A stretch of 63,936 bases of DNA, filler included, from an uncultured Methanosarcinales archaeon (GTDB lineage Archaea; Nanobdellota; Nanobdellia; Woesearchaeales; CAYXTQ01): assembly GCA_964608065.1 (NCBI GenBank). It is 10 parts of 10 records of this genome, joined end to end, with 100 filler letters (N's around TTAATTAATTAA, not from the genome) between each part and the next. Parts side by side here need not be neighbours in the genome. Positions count along the whole stretch, not along the records: positions 59,855 to 63,936 come from CAZSMA010000101.1; 9 more parts are not named here. One strand, written 5' to 3'. Each line of letters starts with the position of its first letter. Positions within the stretch are counted from its first letter, which is position 1. The notes under the pieces are model-generated. The model had not been told where the DNA came from. It saw only the letters and a list, made by a program, of their open reading frames with translations, and did not search any database. This document shows, in pieces, positions 60,417-63,936 of this stretch. The translations under genes and the position numbers were made by a program.

Positions 60417-60557
60417 TTAATATCACCTTTGAAATATAAGCATACTAAGGAATATATAAAGATAATCACTATAAAATATAAGTAAAACAACAACAAAAGC
60501 TATAAATAAAAGGAAAAGTATATAAATATTAACTGATTTTAACTAAAATATAGGAAG

Positions 60558-61125
60558 ATGTCTAAAGAAATAACCTTCAAAAAACTTGAAGAATTCAAGA
60601 AAAAGATACATTTTAATGAAAAGCTTGGATTAGATGACAGAGACAACACTATATTATCTTTAATACAAAATAACCAAAATATTTCTCAGGAAGATATTGC
60701 TAAAAAAATAAAAATATCACAGCCATCAGTTGGAGCAAGAATAAGAAAACTGCAGCAAAAAGGAATCCTATCTAATNNNNNNNNNNAGATTAGTTGATCT
60801 AAGCCTTGCTAAAGTTGATGTAAATGCAACTGATACAGCCTCAATAATCAATGCATTCAAAGACTGCCCTTTTTTTCTCAATGCTTTGATAACATCAGGC
60901 AGACATAATCTATGTTTATTCTTCACTGCAACTGACCTTAAAAGATTAGAAGGTATTGTTAACTATCATCTTAGAGGTAATCCAAAAGTCAAAGATGTTG
61001 AACTGAACATTGTTATATCCACTGCAAATGATTTTATACTTCCTTTGAATATTGATTATGAGAATAAAAGACAAGTCTGCTGTGAACAGCCTTGTGAAGA
61101 TTGTGAAACAAATAAATTTAAATAA
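60558..61125 (+). CDS. Lrp/AsnC transcriptional regulator (spans short N gap)
   Basis: LDDRDNTIL...SQEDIA...SQPSVGARIRKL plus RAM domain. Confidence 0.85.
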
Positions 61126-61148
61126 AACAAAACAAAAGAGGTTAATAG

Positions 61149-61646
61149 ATGTTAAGTCAAATAAGCTTTAATGTAATATCTGACACTTCTTTCTCTAAAC
61201 TTAGCTATATGTTCACTAGGGTTTTAATAAGAGTTGAAAACAAATTCATGTTATACTTTTTTATTGCTTTAATCTTAGCTTTTTTTATTACCTTCATCTA
61301 TTACAGATATGTAAGCAGACTGTTAAGAATAGAAGAAATGAAAGTATTGAATATGCTAAAAAAAGTTTTTAGACCAATACTGGCAGTATTCAGAAGAAAA
61401 GAAAAAAAGAAAAAAAGATTGACAGAACATGATATTTTCATAAAAAGGCAGGAAAAAAAAAAAGGAGAAAGAGAAAAAACATTAGATCTTTTTGGAAGCA
61501 CTGAAGTAAAGAAAGAAGAGCCTTTCAAAAAGGAAGAAAAATTTCCTGAAACCTACTCTGAAGACGGATACGTGATGTGGCCTCCAAAATCCAAAGAAGA
61601 GCAAGAAAAAGAAAAAACATTTGATGAATTATCAAAAATAAAATGA
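61149..61646 (+). CDS. Membrane-anchored hypothetical protein
   Basis: One TM, charged tail. Confidence 0.55.
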   Translation: MLSQISFNVISDTSFSKLSYMFTRVLIRVENKFMLYFFIALILAFFITFIYYRYVSRLLRIEEMKVLNMLKKVFRPILAVFRRKEKKKKRLTEHDIFIKRQEKKKGEREKTLDLFGSTEVKKEEPFKKEEKFPETYSEDGYVMWPPKSKEEQEKEKTFDELSKIK

Positions 61647-61699
61647 AAATAAAACTTCGTTATTTTCAAAATTAAAATTTCAAGGAGAAATTTTAACAA

Positions 61700-62314
61700 A
61701 TGATAGACAAAGAAAAAGTAAAATTCATATTAAACAGAAAAAAAATTATCACCATAATAGTATTATTCTTATTAATATTTATATTGCTTATATTTATCGA
61801 TATAAACGCAAACTCTTATCCTCCAAAAGTGGTTTTTGTAGATCAGGAAAGCAATGATCTTTTAGATGGCAGTGTTTTATTGGATGATAAATCTATAGGG
61901 GAAACATCTGATGGAGGATTTAAAAAACTACCAGATGATTTCTGTAAAAAAGAACATCAAATAATCCTGGAAATAGATGGAGAACAATATTCCTGGCAAA
62001 GTTTTCCTTCAGACTGCAGACTTAATTATATTATCTTCAAGGTTGACAAAGACAAGTTAGTGGAAGAAAAGGACATAACAATGAAATTTTTTATAAAAGA
62101 AACACAAGAGCCTGTGAAAGGCACATTATACTTTGATGGAGAATCCATAGGTGAAATAGATGGAGAATATACTGTTGACATGGATAAATGCAACAGCATC
62201 AAAGACATAAAAATAAAAACAGAAACTGCAGATTTGGAATGGAAACACCATAGCATATGGTGTGAAAGCTACGATTCAATAGAATATTCTATATCTCAGG
62301 ACGAATTAGAGTGA
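61700..62314 (+). CDS. Membrane-anchored protein with internal duplicated domain
   Basis: Two F..E....G....D..SIGE..G...C..I....W....C repeats. Confidence 0.65.
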   Translation: MIDKEKVKFILNRKKIITIIVLFLLIFILLIFIDINANSYPPKVVFVDQESNDLLDGSVLLDDKSIGETSDGGFKKLPDDFCKKEHQIILEIDGEQYSWQSFPSDCRLNYIIFKVDKDKLVEEKDITMKFFIKETQEPVKGTLYFDGESIGEIDGEYTVDMDKCNSIKDIKIKTETADLEWKHHSIWCESYDSIEYSISQDELE

Positions 62315-63013
62315 TTTTTGAAATTCTTTTATAGCTTCTTTGAAATGCTTTGTTTTGAAATCAGGCCATAACTTGTTTGAATAATATACAAAACCCCCTA
62401 CACTATCCCATAATAATAAGTTAGAATTTTTCCTTTTCCCATTCTTTATTATAATATTTGGAGGTAAAAAATAAGATGTATATATGTTTTCTTTTATTGA
62501 AGATTTGTCAATAGATTCTATATCCAGTTTTTCTGCTTTTACCTGCCTTACTATCAGTTTGCATGCATCTACTATCTCTTCCTGCCCGTCATAATTTATA
62601 CAGAAATTTACAAAATAGTCGTCATATTCTTTGGTTTCATCTAATGCTCTCTTTATAGGATCAACTACTCTTCCTGGCAAATCATACCATTTTCCTAATA
62701 CTGATATTTTTATCTTATTGTTTTTAACCAATTTCATCTTTGGCAGTTCATTAAAGAACATAACCAAAAAATCAACTAATTCTGAAAATGGTTCAAAATC
62801 TTTTATCTTTGTTGATAAGATATAAAATGTAGTTATAGGGATCTTAAGCTTAACCTGTTCTTTTATTGTGTCCTTTATATTGATTAAACTCTGCCTGTAT
62901 GCTTCTTCTAAAGATTTCTTATTCATCTTTGCCCATCTTGTCTTTCCGTCTGTAGTTAAAGCTACATGTCTTGGAATTACATCTGGTTTTACTATTTTTA
63001 CTTTATCAAGCAT
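62306..63013 (-). CDS. uppS: cis-prenyltransferase (UppS family), divergent
   Basis: IPRHVAL..DG..RWA, NYDGQEEIVDA, LWPDF. Confidence 0.8.
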   Translation of the reverse strand: MLDKVKIVKPDVIPRHVALTTDGKTRWAKMNKKSLEEAYRQSLINIKDTIKEQVKLKIPITTFYILSTKIKDFEPFSELVDFLVMFFNELPKMKLVKNNKIKISVLGKWYDLPGRVVDPIKRALDETKEYDDYFVNFCINYDGQEEIVDACKLIVRQVKAEKLDIESIDKSSIKENIYTSYFLPPNIIIKNGKRKNSNLLLWDSVGGFVYYSNKLWPDFKTKHFKEAIKEFQKSL

Positions 63014-63105
63014 TTTCGCTGTTATAGAGTGATGAATAGTATATAAATGTTTTTATAAATTTAAAACAGAAAACATTAAATAATGTTTATTATTAAAAAT
63101 TCTTA

Positions 63106-63936
63106 ATGATACTCTTGATAATAGCTTTGATTGCACTTGTTATAGGGTCTTATACAGACATTAAGACAAGAGAGGTTCCTGACTGGCTGAATTACAGTTT
63201 AATATTCATTGGATTAGGAGGAAGATTGATATTTTCCTTAGTAAAGTTTGATTTCAGCTATATAATAGAAGGATTGTTAGGATTTGTGATATTCTTAGCT
63301 TTAGGCTACTTGATGTATTACACAGGCCAGTGGGGTGGTGGAGATTCTAAGATGCTGATGGGTTTAGGAGCTTTAATTGGATTACAAATAAACCCTAATG
63401 GATTATTAATAAGTTTTTTCATAAATGCTTTGTTTGTAGGAGCAGTCTATGGCTTAATTTACAGTTTGTATTATGCAGTATCTAATAAAAAAAAGTTTGT
63501 TAAAGAATGGAAAAAAATCTTTAACAAAAAGATTATTTTAAAATTAAGAATTTTATCTTTAATAATACTTTTATTGTTAGTTATCTTTCTTTTATTTAAC
63601 AAAGACTATCTCTTAAGAATGCTTTTATTAACATTAGGACTATTCATATTGTTTACATTCTATATCTATGTATTTGTTAAAGCTGTTGAAAAAAGCTCTA
63701 TGTTCAAGTATGTTAAGCCTAGTGAATTAACAGAAGGAGACTGGATAGCTAAAGACGTCAAGGTTAATGGAAAACGTATATGTGGCCCTAAGGATTTAGG
63801 TGTAGAGAAAAAACAGATTAGAAAATTAGTCCAATTCTATAAGAAAGGAAAAGTAAAGAAAATATTGATTAAGATTGGAATTCCATTTGTTCCTTCATTT
63901 TTAATAGCTTTTGTCATAAGTTTATTTTTTGGTAAC
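63106..63936 (+). CDS. A24 prepilin/prearchaellin peptidase (runs to window end)
   Basis: YTDIKTREVPDW, GGGDSK, LTEGDW, GIPFVPSF; absent from ORF track because no stop in window. Confidence 0.9.
   Translation, partial: MILLIIALIALVIGSYTDIKTREVPDWLNYSLIFIGLGGRLIFSLVKFDFSYIIEGLLGFVIFLALGYLMYYTGQWGGGDSKMLMGLGALIGLQINPNGLLISFFINALFVGAVYGLIYSLYYAVSNKKKFVKEWKKIFNKKIILKLRILSLIILLLLVIFLLFNKDYLLRMLLLTLGLFILFTFYIYVFVKAVEKSSMFKYVKPSELTEGDWIAKDVKVNGKRICGPKDLGVEKKQIRKLVQFYKKGKVKKILIKIGIPFVPSFLIAFVISLFFGN

Noticed and set aside
60558..61125. Split Lrp gene (and break in the kinase near 39500)
   Set aside because: Both coincide with short N scaffolding gaps

Overview
This window is not one locus. It is ten short contigs of about 6.2-6.8 kb, in descending length order, joined by artificial 100-nt N/TTAATTAATTAA/N linkers. 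Contigs: 1-6761, 6862-13617, 13718-20435, 20536-27249, 27350-33924, 34025-40529, 40630-47107, 47208-53455, 53556-59754, 59855-63936. Most look like a low-GC DPANN archaeon, probably Woesearchaeota-like, based on an ORB-cdc6-PolD origin cluster, TrmB, Lrp, DUF424, Ogg and a prepilin peptidase. Contig 9 looks bacterial (CPR/Parcubacteria-like) and carries the best candidate system: a retron-type RT with a WIDD active site, in an operon with an XRE-HTH gene and a small basic ORF. That ORF's coding sequence is complementary to a structured upstream leader RNA, suggesting a kissing-loop or strand-invasion switch in a type VI-like layout. Other highlights: a hypervariable contig with three HicAB modules sharing a common tail, a start-less surface-protein cassette, and a HEPN gene broken by a 53-bp palindromic element; a pseudoknotted leader RNA; an LDH/MDH-like gene coupled to an atypical Ser/Thr kinase; an archaeal M15 peptidoglycan peptidase; a two-gene cassette flanked by 22-bp repeats; and IS5, IS66, IS481 and IS1 elements with readable ends. 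All calls come from reading motifs by eye; no searches were run.
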